Below, piece by piece: positions 37,866-48,320 of a stretch of DNA of 64,000 bases. This stretch comes from an uncultured Granulosicoccaceae bacterium (GTDB lineage Bacteria; Pseudomonadota; Gammaproteobacteria; Granulosicoccales; Granulosicoccaceae), in the NCBI GenBank assembly GCA_938045275.1, contig CALIMV010000008.1, positions 1,375-65,374 on the forward strand, read 5' to 3'. The notes beneath the pieces are model-generated. The model searched no databases and was not told the DNA's origin. It saw only the letters and a list, made by a program, of their open reading frames with translations. Position 1 is the first letter of the stretch; each line of letters begins with the position of its first letter. Made by a program: the position numbers and the translations under genes.

Positions 37866-38724
37866 GATGATGATAAAATTTTTTTCGGTTGATTGATGCA
37901 GGATAGTAGCAAGAAATTGATCGGTATTCCTCTCGTTGTCAAATCAATTTGCGCTCTACTTGCAATCAACTTTTTTTAAAATTTTGCTGTAGTGATCTTT
38001 CATATTAGAGTCTCGAATCCGTTTCCAGCAACCCAAGTGATTTCCGCAATGCAAATACGTGTTTCTTAATTTCTACAGACAGCACGTGACCTGTGTAGCA
38101 AGCCCGCAAGGCTACTTTGTACCCATCCAGGCAGGCAGTGGGTAGCAGCTTCGTTATTTATTGCCGGCTCGAGTAGCCAATTCTCCGCATTTATTGTGAG
38201 TCCGTTTGAAAATACAGTGGATTGCACGGTGCAGGCTGAGTCAGGGTTTTGATACACATTACCGTAGCTGTGCGGCTTTGCGCCAGAATCCCTGTCAGGT
38301 GCAGACAAAGTAGGTAAATCGTGCGTTTCTAATCAGTGGTGAATACCGCATCCTGCCTTCCTCAGCAATCTCCGTCTACGCGGCCAAATATCGCGAAAGT
38401 GTTGGTTTTCAAACAAGAATCAGTCTAAATCGAATGATTGGCAAGGCAGCTAGTGTAGTGGGGTTATTGTGCAGTTAATTTAGACCTTTCCTGTGCCCGT
38501 GGCGCTCGAAATCGAATTTTTTATATGGCTTTATATATAGACAGATGACAATAGTTATACATAGACGAGCGTGGATAGCTCGCTTGGATAATAGATATTT
38601 TGTCGATATCAGTGCATCGTTTCACCCAGCGTTGCATCTTCTGGGTAATTACCTCTGGGCTGCAACTTTGTTTTTGCGTAATATGGACTGTCAAATGGAA
38701 GCAAGAAAATTGGAAATACCGCTC

Positions 38725-39363
38725 ATGCACGTATTGATAATTGATGATCATCCGCTTTTCAGAGAGGGACTTCAGTTTCTTTTGTCGGGGTTGGCGGGAG
38801 AACTGAATTTCTCAGATGCGACCAGTCTGGAAGATGTCAGTGATCAGCAGCTCGAAGATGCTGATTTAGTCCTGCTTGATCTCACCCTCGGCCGTCTCTC
38901 TGGTAGCGACGCGTTTGAGAAGTTGCGCGAGCGCAGTGTCAGCGGAAAAATTGTGGTTGTGTCGAGCAACGACGATCCAAACCTGATTAAAGATTGCATT
39001 GACAGTGGTGCTGCGGGCTACATTCCAAAGACATCGGAACCCAAGGTGCTGATTGCTGCATTGCAGCTAATTCTGTCTGGTGGAATTTATTTACCACCAG
39101 AAGCTTTTACCGAAAGCACCGACCTTCCTATCGAACAAGACACAACGGAATCATCTCAATCACTACTCGAATTGCTGACCGAACGTCAGCGTAAGGCATT
39201 ACAGTTAGCTAGCTCAGGATTACAGAATAAAGTCATAGCGAGTCAGATGGCAATATCTGAAGGTACTGTTAAGTTACATTTGTCTGCAGCTTACAAAGCG
39301 CTAAACGTTCATAACCGAACTGAAGCGGTTTATAAACTATCGAAGCACAAGCTCGTTCTCTAA
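38725..39363 (+). CDS. NarL/LuxR-family response regulator
   Basis: VLIIDDHPLFREGL, VLLD, GYIPK, LTERQ...GLQNKVIA...SEGTVKLHL HTH. ORF track starts at 38545. Confidence 0.95.
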   Translation: MHVLIIDDHPLFREGLQFLLSGLAGELNFSDATSLEDVSDQQLEDADLVLLDLTLGRLSGSDAFEKLRERSVSGKIVVVSSNDDPNLIKDCIDSGAAGYIPKTSEPKVLIAALQLILSGGIYLPPEAFTESTDLPIEQDTTESSQSLLELLTERQRKALQLASSGLQNKVIASQMAISEGTVKLHLSAAYKALNVHNRTEAVYKLSKHKLVL

Positions 39364-39379
39364 CGCTTGAGTTTGTCTC

Positions 39380-41137
39380 ATGAAGCAAGCGACGTATTCA
39401 GAGCGCAGCCTGGTATTAGACAATCCAAAGCTGTTAGCTCTGCACAACGAAAAAGTTATTCAGTTTTTCAGTAGAAGCGTAAAAGTTACTGCGGTACCGG
39501 TTCTGACCGTAATAGGTGCCATCGCTTTGGTACTTTACCTTGAGGTGGGAACGAATTTAATCTGGGTATGGTTGGCGCAGGCGTTGTTAGTTCAAATACC
39601 CCGAATCTGGTTGGCTTGGCGTATTGGTGATTCAACCAAAGGCACTGTTGAACATCGAATGAAGCTGGCGATTTTGCTTGCGGCGATTGGTGGTATTAGT
39701 ATTTCATCAGTTGTGTTGTTCGTTCCACTAATGTCACTTGAGGCACGAACATTAATTTCAATAATACTGGTAGGGACGGTTGCTGCCAGCTTAACGACTT
39801 GTCACGGTTTTAAACCAATATATCTGGCGTTTGTCGCACCTATATTCGTGGCCATTATCGCGCTATGGATAGTCGAAGGAGCTGGCGATGTCAGGCTGAG
39901 TTACAGAGTCATTATGCTTTTGCTGGCATTGCAAATCGGTTCGCTTTTCTTAGGGCTTGTCACGCGTGTGCATGCAACCTTTTGCGAAGGTCTGGTGTAT
40001 CATGATCGATCAGAATCGGCTTTGCATACAGAAAAAATGGCTAACTCGGCTAAAACCAGGTTTCTTGCAGCTGCCAGCCACGATTTGAGACAACCTTTGC
40101 ATACCATGTCGCTATTCAGCGCTGCGTTAGCGATAAGGCCGTTAGATGAAAAAAGCAAATCAATTGCTAAAAAGATGAATGAGGCTATGAAAGATTTAGC
40201 CGATGAGCTTGATTCTTTGTTAGATATCTCAAAGCTCGATGCAGGCGTAGTGCCGGTTGAACGAACCAGTCTGGATTTGTCGAGCCTGGTTAGTCGGGTC
40301 GCAAGCCTCTTTAAACCAAGAACAGACCAAAAAAACATCGATCTGCATATCACCATCCAGGAACAGCTATTTGTTCATTCTGATGCAAAGCTTATTGAAC
40401 GCCTGTTACGTAACATTCTGGACAATGCCGTTAAGTACACCCAGAAGGGGTCAGTGAGTTGCAACTTGCATAGCAAGGATGGCTTTGCTGTTATCTCAAT
40501 TACTGATACGGGTCCTGGAATAAGCACTGCCGACCAACAGCATATTTGGGAAGAATTTTATCAGGTTGACAATGAGTCGCGTAATCGACAACAAGGACTT
40601 GGGCTCGGTCTGTCGGTGGTGTCAAGGCTTGCCAAGTTACTCGACATTCGTGTCAATCTGGTGCCGCAAATCGGCACTGGTTCCTGTTTCGAGATTACCT
40701 TGCCGGCCTTTTATCAAGAGTCAACAACAAAAACAACGGAGGCGCTGCTACCGGGTAAAGATGACACAGATACACTCAAGGGCCGCCATGTGCTGGTAGT
40801 AGACGATGATGAGGGAATACAGCAAGGCACTGAATCGCTATTGCAGGCGATGGGGATGAAAGTGTCAATTGCCAGTGACACGTCTGGTGCAATTGAAAAG
40901 TATAAAAGCGAATCAATAGATGTTGTTTTAATGGACCTACGATTAGCAGATGGTGATGACGGTTTCGATGCTATAAAGCAATTGAAAAAAATCAACGATC
41001 AAGTCGATGTTGTTGTGATGAGTGGCGATACTGCACCAGATCGACTAAAAACTGCTGAATCCATTGGCTGTGCATGGCTTATAAAGCCGGTAAAGCTGGA
41101 GCTGTTGGTGGCTGAGTTTAAACGGATATTCACATGA
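39380..41137 (+). CDS. Hybrid sensor histidine kinase (multi-TM sensor, HisKA, HATPase, receiver)
   Basis: About 6 TM helices, AKTRFLAAASHDLRQPL, NILDNAVKYT, DTGPGI, GLGLGL, VLVVDDD...MD...KP. Confidence 0.95.
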   Translation: MKQATYSERSLVLDNPKLLALHNEKVIQFFSRSVKVTAVPVLTVIGAIALVLYLEVGTNLIWVWLAQALLVQIPRIWLAWRIGDSTKGTVEHRMKLAILLAAIGGISISSVVLFVPLMSLEARTLISIILVGTVAASLTTCHGFKPIYLAFVAPIFVAIIALWIVEGAGDVRLSYRVIMLLLALQIGSLFLGLVTRVHATFCEGLVYHDRSESALHTEKMANSAKTRFLAAASHDLRQPLHTMSLFSAALAIRPLDEKSKSIAKKMNEAMKDLADELDSLLDISKLDAGVVPVERTSLDLSSLVSRVASLFKPRTDQKNIDLHITIQEQLFVHSDAKLIERLLRNILDNAVKYTQKGSVSCNLHSKDGFAVISITDTGPGISTADQQHIWEEFYQVDNESRNRQQGLGLGLSVVSRLAKLLDIRVNLVPQIGTGSCFEITLPAFYQESTTKTTEALLPGKDDTDTLKGRHVLVVDDDEGIQQGTESLLQAMGMKVSIASDTSGAIEKYKSESIDVVLMDLRLADGDDGFDAIKQLKKINDQVDVVVMSGDTAPDRLKTAESIGCAWLIKPVKLELLVAEFKRIFT

Positions 41138-44100
41138 GCATTTCAATTTCTTTTGAGGAATTGGTTGCGTCCACGCCCGGAGATGGTGAAGCAAATTACG
41201 ACTGCCTGATAATAGGTAGCGGGTATGGGGGGGCAGTTGCTGCGCGAACTTTTTCCCGCTGTAAGAGAGCTGATGGTAAGCCCTTGAAAATTGCTGTGCT
41301 TGAGCGTGGTAAAGAATATTTGCCCGGTAGCTTTCCAGCTGGTCTAAACGAAGTAATTGGAACGATCAACAGAACAGGCAATTTTGAATCAGTCGACAAT
41401 GCAGGTGATAACGATTGGAGTTTACCGCACGATGGCTTGTATGACATTCGCACAAGCGAATCACATTGGATTATGTCGGGAAATGGCGTTGGTGGTGGCT
41501 CACTAGTCAATGCTGGCGTTATGCTTGCCCCGGATAGCAACACACTAGAAGATGCCGCTTGGCCAGAAGAGGCTCGCACGGTATTGAGTGATACGGATTT
41601 TATGAATTCAGTGGGCTTGATGCTAGGCAGTCGACTACCCGATGCAGAATCCGGCTCTATTGCAAACACGGTTGAACACGCCTCGGTAGAAACGAATAAA
41701 TACAGAGCCATTGCCTCTTTGGGCGGAAGTACATGCGCTGTTTCAGCAACACCGTTGTCAATCCGGCTAAGTAAAGATGAGCCAGATCAAGCTATCGTAA
41801 CTAGCCCGTGTATCAAATGTGGTAATTGTTTTAGCGGTTGCAATTTTAATGCGAAGAAATCTCTAGACACAAACTTGCTAGCTGAAGCACAGCACAATGG
41901 TGTGACAGTGGTAAACGGTGCGGAAACGTTGTTTTTCGAAAAGCACAACAATGGCTGGGCAGTCCATGTTGTGTACAGTTCCGCAAAGTTGCGCACCACC
42001 TTAAACGAACCTTTAAAACTGAATTGTGATCATCTGGTTATTGCCGCAGGGTCGGTTGGCTCTACCGAGTTACTGTTACGTAGTCAATACAAAGCAATAC
42101 GAAACGAAGGTGCCAGTTTGTTCTCCGAAGCCTTGGGAAAACGCTTTTTCGGAAATGGCGACACAATATCGGCAATGACAGACCGAAGCCAGCCGGTAAC
42201 GATGATCGCGAATGACTCAACCCACGATGAAACGCGAGAGATCGGCCCAACAAATTCTGGCATGTTGGATTTTCGTCATGTGCCGGAACATCGTTTTGTA
42301 TTGCAAGAACTTGCTGTGCCGGGTGCGCTGCAACGTGCGTTCATTGAACTGATTTCTTTCACAAGAGTGCGCGATGCGCTTACAAGTTTAAAATGTGGTC
42401 TTACAGGAAGCTCGGCGAAATTCCTGGGCCTAACCGAATCGAATGTTGATCACACTATTGTTATTGCGGGCATAGGTGGAGATCGTTCTGAAGGAACTAT
42501 TTCGGAGCAAGTCAGAGAAAAGTCAAACAAGCCGGTATCTGCTGCTTTTTACAGCCAATGGTTACCCTGTTCGGTGATAAGTTTTTCCAGTAATGCAGCT
42601 GATACTTCGTGGAAAAAGCACAGAGACAAGGTTTTAAATCAGTTAAGTGATCTTGGTTCAAAAAATGATAATGGCTCTACTGTAGTAGAAAACCCAATGG
42701 AGAATCCGTTCGGCAACAAAATAAACAAAATGTTCAATATGTCTGCTGAGAAAAGCTCCGACACTAATGGGTTGCTAATGAGCGTGCATCCTTTGGGTGG
42801 TTGTGGCATGGCCGACTCTGCTGAGTCTGGCGTGGTTAACACGCACGGTCAGGTGTTCAAGTCCGAGGGTAAGCGAGACGCCGCATCGAATATAAGTGAA
42901 GTGTACGATAACCTGGCGGTACTCGATGGTGCGATAGTGCCGTCGCCTGTAGATGTTAATCCGGCACTGACAATTTCGGCTCTGGCGCTGAATGCGTCAA
43001 CAAATCTTGCGAGAAAATGGGGCTGGGAACCTGTTTCTTTAACAGAGCCAAAACCTACAGAGCGGAAATTTGTTCGAAAAATTACACCTGAGCATCGCAA
43101 CAGTATTAAACCTACAGGGCTGACACTAGCCGAACGTCTGGTGGGCTCAGTTTGTTTAGATGCAGGAAATGGCCCGGACATTTACATAGCAGAGCTTAGG
43201 TTGCGCTCTGAAACCTTTCATATAGATCAGTTTGCAAAGGGCGAACCCCTAACAATTGAATTGTTAAACGAGCCATCACAAGACTGCGCTGGCAAATTGC
43301 CGCTGATGTCTGAATTGCGTTTGTTTCGGAAAGTTGATTGGGACTCATTTCTCGTTGCTGAAGGCATTCTTGATCGACGTGAACAAATGATTGCAGCAGG
43401 CCTCAAAGATCAATGGATGAAAGAGCAGCGCCTAATGCTCGGTGATGCTAGTGCGCAGCTTGATAAGCTGGCCGTATTGACCGTGCCGCTTTCCGGGTCA
43501 ATTTACCTTATGGATGAAGTTAAAACCAATGCTATATCACGACTTGTTTGTGGTGCATTTACCTGGTTTTTCAATCGTGGGTTACGTGATATTTGGCATT
43601 CCAGGCAAATGATTGGCAAAGGTGCCACCAATCTGAAAGCCTTTCTGCGTTATGCACCATCAGTGTTTCTACACTCGGGAAGGGAGCGACAGTTTCGCTA
43701 TGAGTTAAAAACAGGAAGTCCGAGTAAGTGTGAGTTAAGCGGAGGCGATCAGTCACGCTGGGCTGAAAAACCAATTCGTGGTTTTAAGCACTTTTTCTAT
43801 GGCATGCACAGTAATCCGATTAATCAACTTACCTCAATTGAATTATCTGATTTTCCGATGCTGGATGGTTCACAAAGCAAAACACTTTCTGTCGATTTGG
43901 AATATTTCGCCGATGTGCAAATACCTTTATTTCAAATCGACGAAGAATCGGATGCGGTCACTGGAAACGCAGACCTCATTGCATTTGCCACCTGGATTTC
44001 TCGTATTTCTTTTTTGCATTACTTCTGGCTACTGCGTAAACCTGACAAACCATCAGAGTTTCCTGAAACAATGCGTCCGGACCCACCAAATACAGAACCA

Positions 44101-45285
44101 AAATCATTACCCGGTTTGGCGGCTGAGGTTGAAGTTATATCATTGATGGTGGCAGACCCGAATAACAAGTACGATGGAAAAACGTTTATCCGGCTGTCGC
44201 GATTCAAAGACAGCGAGCCAAATCCGTCCCTGGCTCCAGTGTTGTGCATTCATGGATTCAGTTTAAGTTGGTCTATGTTTGCCCATGAAACACTCTACGG
44301 TGGCGTAGATGAAATCGATGGGGCAACGTTAAAGGGTGGTTTGGCGGCCTATTTGGCGCGAAAAGGTCATGATGTTTGGGTTGTCGACTTGCGTTCAAGT
44401 GGAAGTTTACCGACGGCAAGAGTTGACTGGGAGTTTGAAGAAGCGGCGCTCATAGATATACCTGTTGCATTGGAATATATTTCGAAAAATACCGGTAGCT
44501 CCACGGTTAATGTGGTGTCTCATTGTATGGGAGCAATGAAGTTCAGTATGTTAATGATGTGCAGTGACACAAATTTTAAGCGCTATAACAAAATACAAAA
44601 TCTTGATGAAACTCGTCAACGAATTGGGCGCATAGTGCTTTCGCAAGCTGGCCCTTTCGTGCGTTTTTCACCAGCCAATCGGTTGCGTGAACGCATTATT
44701 GGCGTCGTAAAAAATTTGGCTAATTTCGACCTTCAGTTTGAGGAAAACCCTGATGCCAGTGACTCGGAAGAAGTGCTTGACCGCGCATTGAATATAATGC
44801 CTTATCCAGAACATGAATTGCGTGTTGAGAACCCGAAGCTCGCAAAGCGCTTCTGGGTTCGTGGTCGACATCGCATGGATGCACTATACGGAAAAACATT
44901 CTCATTAAAAAACATGGACCTTTCTGTTCTCGAGCGCTTCCATGATTTTTTTGGTCCACTGAGTTTTCGAATGCTCGAGCAAGTGATTTGGTTTTCACGA
45001 CGAAATCAGATATCAGACACCTATGGTGGGGACTACAAGCTACAACTCTCTGAGCTGAGGCGACATTGGCAACAGGATACGCTGTGGATTCACGGTGAAG
45101 AGAACGAGTTGTTAGACCCTATTTCCGCAATACTGACCACGCTGATATTTGATGAGAGCAAAGCAGATAATTTTAAGGTACAAATTTTAAAAAATTTCGG
45201 GCATCAGGATTGTATGATGGGCAAAAACTGTGAGTTGCCATATGGCTTGATCAATGACCATTTTAATAAAGCATCGGTAACTTAG
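41134..45285 (+). CDS. GMC (cholesterol-oxidase-like) oxidoreductase fused to an alpha/beta-hydrolase
   Basis: GSGYGG, GVGGGSLVNAG, CIKCGNCFSGC, VHPLGGC, DG...VNPALTI, then IHGFS, DVWVVDLRSS, SHCMG, IHGEEN, FGHQD. Confidence 0.85.
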   Translation: MSISISFEELVASTPGDGEANYDCLIIGSGYGGAVAARTFSRCKRADGKPLKIAVLERGKEYLPGSFPAGLNEVIGTINRTGNFESVDNAGDNDWSLPHDGLYDIRTSESHWIMSGNGVGGGSLVNAGVMLAPDSNTLEDAAWPEEARTVLSDTDFMNSVGLMLGSRLPDAESGSIANTVEHASVETNKYRAIASLGGSTCAVSATPLSIRLSKDEPDQAIVTSPCIKCGNCFSGCNFNAKKSLDTNLLAEAQHNGVTVVNGAETLFFEKHNNGWAVHVVYSSAKLRTTLNEPLKLNCDHLVIAAGSVGSTELLLRSQYKAIRNEGASLFSEALGKRFFGNGDTISAMTDRSQPVTMIANDSTHDETREIGPTNSGMLDFRHVPEHRFVLQELAVPGALQRAFIELISFTRVRDALTSLKCGLTGSSAKFLGLTESNVDHTIVIAGIGGDRSEGTISEQVREKSNKPVSAAFYSQWLPCSVISFSSNAADTSWKKHRDKVLNQLSDLGSKNDNGSTVVENPMENPFGNKINKMFNMSAEKSSDTNGLLMSVHPLGGCGMADSAESGVVNTHGQVFKSEGKRDAASNISEVYDNLAVLDGAIVPSPVDVNPALTISALALNASTNLARKWGWEPVSLTEPKPTERKFVRKITPEHRNSIKPTGLTLAERLVGSVCLDAGNGPDIYIAELRLRSETFHIDQFAKGEPLTIELLNEPSQDCAGKLPLMSELRLFRKVDWDSFLVAEGILDRREQMIAAGLKDQWMKEQRLMLGDASAQLDKLAVLTVPLSGSIYLMDEVKTNAISRLVCGAFTWFFNRGLRDIWHSRQMIGKGATNLKAFLRYAPSVFLHSGRERQFRYELKTGSPSKCELSGGDQSRWAEKPIRGFKHFFYGMHSNPINQLTSIELSDFPMLDGSQSKTLSVDLEYFADVQIPLFQIDEESDAVTGNADLIAFATWISRISFLHYFWLLRKPDKPSEFPETMRPDPPNTEPKSLPGLAAEVEVISLMVADPNNKYDGKTFIRLSRFKDSEPNPSLAPVLCIHGFSLSWSMFAHETLYGGVDEIDGATLKGGLAAYLARKGHDVWVVDLRSSGSLPTARVDWEFEEAALIDIPVALEYISKNTGSSTVNVVSHCMGAMKFSMLMMCSDTNFKRYNKIQNLDETRQRIGRIVLSQAGPFVRFSPANRLRERIIGVVKNLANFDLQFEENPDASDSEEVLDRALNIMPYPEHELRVENPKLAKRFWVRGRHRMDALYGKTFSLKNMDLSVLERFHDFFGPLSFRMLEQVIWFSRRNQISDTYGGDYKLQLSELRRHWQQDTLWIHGEENELLDPISAILTTLIFDESKADNFKVQILKNFGHQDCMMGKNCELPYGLINDHFNKASVT

Positions 45286-45313
45286 CTGTATCTCAGTTTA
45301 TGGAGTAAAAAAC

Positions 45314-45760
45314 ATGCCGGGTAAAAATAAAATCATCAAACTTAACAGCATAAGCCGTCATACGGTGGCTAATAAGCCTTGCATCTTGCTCGACAATCAG
45401 CAAGATTCACGTAACCATGTGCACAGATTGGCCTTGGTACCTGCGTATGAACAGAAAAAGCCTGATGGAAGCAGAGAACTTAGTTTTCCTGACAGTGAAT
45501 TACATTGGCTTAGTCCGGTAAAGGTTGGGTTGTTTCCAATCTGTTTTACTATGCATACAAAGTTTGCCTATCTGGTGCTCGGCGTTGTGTCAAAAGATGT
45601 TATTCCCGATTTTACTAATCAGGGTCATTTCCCATCGTCTGGCTCAGCTGCACTGGACACTTCAGCGTTGGATTGCGAGTTTGATGACCATATGGCCCGA
45701 CAGTGGATAGCCACACATAAACAGTGGGTGCAAACCAACGGGATACTCGTTTATGCTTGA
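45314..45760 (+). CDS. Hypothetical protein in the GMC/PhoD operon
   Basis: GGAG RBS; overlaps the next gene by 8 nt; no family recognised. Confidence 0.6.
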   Translation: MPGKNKIIKLNSISRHTVANKPCILLDNQQDSRNHVHRLALVPAYEQKKPDGSRELSFPDSELHWLSPVKVGLFPICFTMHTKFAYLVLGVVSKDVIPDFTNQGHFPSSGSAALDTSALDCEFDDHMARQWIATHKQWVQTNGILVYA

Positions 45761-46895
45761 AACGCTCATTGTTGCATCCAGTTGCCAGTACCCCGCCGAT
45801 TTTTTTCGATATAGAGAAGCCTACAAATCATTGGGTGCCATAGCAGAATTGTTCTCTAAACCAGAGAACCGAGGAATATGCACTGCCGTGATGTTAGCGG
45901 GTGATTCTATCTATGCGGACGCAACCTCAGGATTGATGGATGCAACCGATCCACACGAACGCTTTACTCAACAATATTATAAATTGAGAAATAACTGGGC
46001 CTGGAGAAAAATTGATGCCGATGAAAGACTGTTTTCAATCGACGACCATGAGTTGATCGATGACTGGGTGCCGCTGGGTTCCGGGCACCCCGATGAAGTG
46101 CTCCGATCTAAGCGGGAAAAAACCAGAGACGAAGGCAAGCAGGCGTTTATCACTGAGATGCAGCTCGATAAGTGGTCGAATGGCAAAACGTACTATAAAC
46201 ATTTGGTCAATGACATACCGGTCTTTGTTATGGACAGTCGAACTGAACGATCAGCTAGAAATGCACATAACGTTAACGATGTCTGTATGGTTAGCAAGGA
46301 GCAAAGGAACTTGCTATTCGAGTGGATAGATAATCTGGCCGACGAAGAAAAAAATAAGCCTGAGTCAGAAATAGCGCCGAAAATAATACTCAGTGGTTCA
46401 ATGCTGTTGCCTCGACAACGCACTACTGCTGATAGATGGGATGAGGATAGTTCCCATGCCAGTTGTCTGCGATCTGATGGTTGGGACGGTTACCCCAAAA
46501 CCATGCACCAAGTGCTTTTGCATATTGTAAAAAAGGGATTGCGAAAAGTTATATTTGTATCTGGCGATGCGCACATACCTTGTATATGTAATAGTCGTGT
46601 CAAGTCTGAAGTTTACGGCGCTATCGACATAGTGTCTGTGCATGGCTCTGGTTTAAACGCACCGTTTCCTTTTGCAAATGCTATGGCAGAGGATTATCAA
46701 TCCGAAGAAGAATTTGCACTCAGCGCACCGGACAATACCGAGCCGTTGAATATTGAGGTTGAAACACAATTTCCGGATGTGGGAGACGGTTTCTGTATTC
46801 TTGGTATAAGTAACCTTGAAGGGCGGAAGTCGTGTCAAATCAGTTTTGCAGGAAAACGCAATAACTATGAGCCCATACCGTTTGGTACGGTTTAA
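45753..46895 (+). CDS. PhoD-family metallophosphoesterase (catalytic domain only, no signal peptide)
   Basis: SSCQYP, GDSIYAD, DDHE, MDSRTER, DGWDGYP, SGDAH. Confidence 0.85.
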   Translation: MLETLIVASSCQYPADFFRYREAYKSLGAIAELFSKPENRGICTAVMLAGDSIYADATSGLMDATDPHERFTQQYYKLRNNWAWRKIDADERLFSIDDHELIDDWVPLGSGHPDEVLRSKREKTRDEGKQAFITEMQLDKWSNGKTYYKHLVNDIPVFVMDSRTERSARNAHNVNDVCMVSKEQRNLLFEWIDNLADEEKNKPESEIAPKIILSGSMLLPRQRTTADRWDEDSSHASCLRSDGWDGYPKTMHQVLLHIVKKGLRKVIFVSGDAHIPCICNSRVKSEVYGAIDIVSVHGSGLNAPFPFANAMAEDYQSEEEFALSAPDNTEPLNIEVETQFPDVGDGFCILGISNLEGRKSCQISFAGKRNNYEPIPFGTV

Positions 46896-47054
46896 AGTGT
46901 TAACCAATTCCCCAAATTCTATCTCACTTTTATAAATATCTGAATTTTGTCGCTATCTGCTGTGAGTTCGGGTCGATCTCATGGTTAATCTGAACCTGTG
47001 AACCTCTCCGACTGTCCTGGTATTGATCAACCTACGCTGGCAGGGATTTGTGCG

Positions 47055-48320
47055 ATGAAACGTTATTCAGAGAAACCGCTACGTGCAATATTATCCTTAT
47101 TGTTCTGTAGTGCTTTCCTTCTAGTGCTCGGTGCTTGCGCAGGTACACCCAAACCGCTAGAAAATGCTATGCCTGATAATTCAGGCCAGGCTTTATCTGT
47201 CAGTAAAGTAGTCCATTCAGATAACTCGATGATTACGTTGCTGGACCCGGCTGACTTAACTCACCATCAGAGTCAGCCTGCCAATTGGTATCTGCATGAC
47301 TTTGCAATCAAAGATGATTTACAGTCTGGTCGATTTGCTGCTGTTCTTACTGAGCGTGCCGGTAAGTTCAATGTACGAGTGACGACAGGAGAGTTATCAC
47401 CGGCTGAAAGTGCAGTCGCTGGTGCTGAGGCTAAGCTACGCCTTCGTGTTCGCAATCATCAGTTGCTACTCAGTGGTGGTGATACATGGCCGTCTGAGGA
47501 AGTTGATCATCGACAATTTGCTCATGATGCTCGCTGGATTAGTATTCCGAACGGCGACTATGGCGTAATAATAACGGCATTGAAGCCCGGTGCTGCGCAT
47601 AGCGATTACGTGTTTCAACTGATTCGAGTGAATGATATGACGAAAGTCAAACATGCTCCGGCCGTTCCAAAACTCATCTATGGTGACAAGGCTGCAGTTG
47701 TCGGGGTTAATGCAAAAGGGTTCCAGTACTACGAACAATGCCTTGATGTACCCGCCACGGCCAATTGGGCGCCCTTATCCGCTCGTACTATGCCGATACC
47801 TGGTGCCATGCAAAAAATTGAACTGCCAAGGTCTATGCATACCTGGGCTTTTAATCAACAACAAGCTGGCAACGTTGCCACGATTCCTGTGGTTTTGTCC
47901 CGAGATCCTGAAATCGGTTCGTACGGATTCTATCTAAAACCGCGCCGTTGGAAAAAAGAGCAGGTTCAGTCAAATGGTGACGTTATTGTTGAAACCCTGA
48001 TTCGATGTGCAGTTGAAATAACCGACGTTGTTGCGACACCTCAGGAGTTTGCGCTTAGGCTCAAAGCTGTGCCAACAGCATCTGATCGTGTGCCGGGTTG
48101 GAAAAAGCAACAACTTATGGATGGGCTTGACCAGTGGTTGCGAACCACGAACGACCCCGATTGGCTCTTCAAGGTAGCGAAAGTAAAGCGAAGCGCCAAT
48201 GATGGGGCCATGATTCTAGGCATTCTGGAGTACTTGAAATTAAGCTCCAAAGAAACTGAAAAATTACTACCAATGAGCAATGCACTAAGGGTCGATTTTT
48301 TACTTGAAAGGTTCAAATAA
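47055..48320 (+). CDS. Hypothetical lipoprotein
   Basis: MKR...LLVLGAC lipobox; two-domain appearance. Confidence 0.7.
   Translation: MKRYSEKPLRAILSLLFCSAFLLVLGACAGTPKPLENAMPDNSGQALSVSKVVHSDNSMITLLDPADLTHHQSQPANWYLHDFAIKDDLQSGRFAAVLTERAGKFNVRVTTGELSPAESAVAGAEAKLRLRVRNHQLLLSGGDTWPSEEVDHRQFAHDARWISIPNGDYGVIITALKPGAAHSDYVFQLIRVNDMTKVKHAPAVPKLIYGDKAAVVGVNAKGFQYYEQCLDVPATANWAPLSARTMPIPGAMQKIELPRSMHTWAFNQQQAGNVATIPVVLSRDPEIGSYGFYLKPRRWKKEQVQSNGDVIVETLIRCAVEITDVVATPQEFALRLKAVPTASDRVPGWKKQQLMDGLDQWLRTTNDPDWLFKVAKVKRSANDGAMILGILEYLKLSSKETEKLLPMSNALRVDFLLERFK

Noticed and set aside
38066-38308. 80-aa minus-strand ORF divergent from the response regulator
   Set aside because: TTG start without RBS and no recognisable motif; could be a remnant but unsupported.
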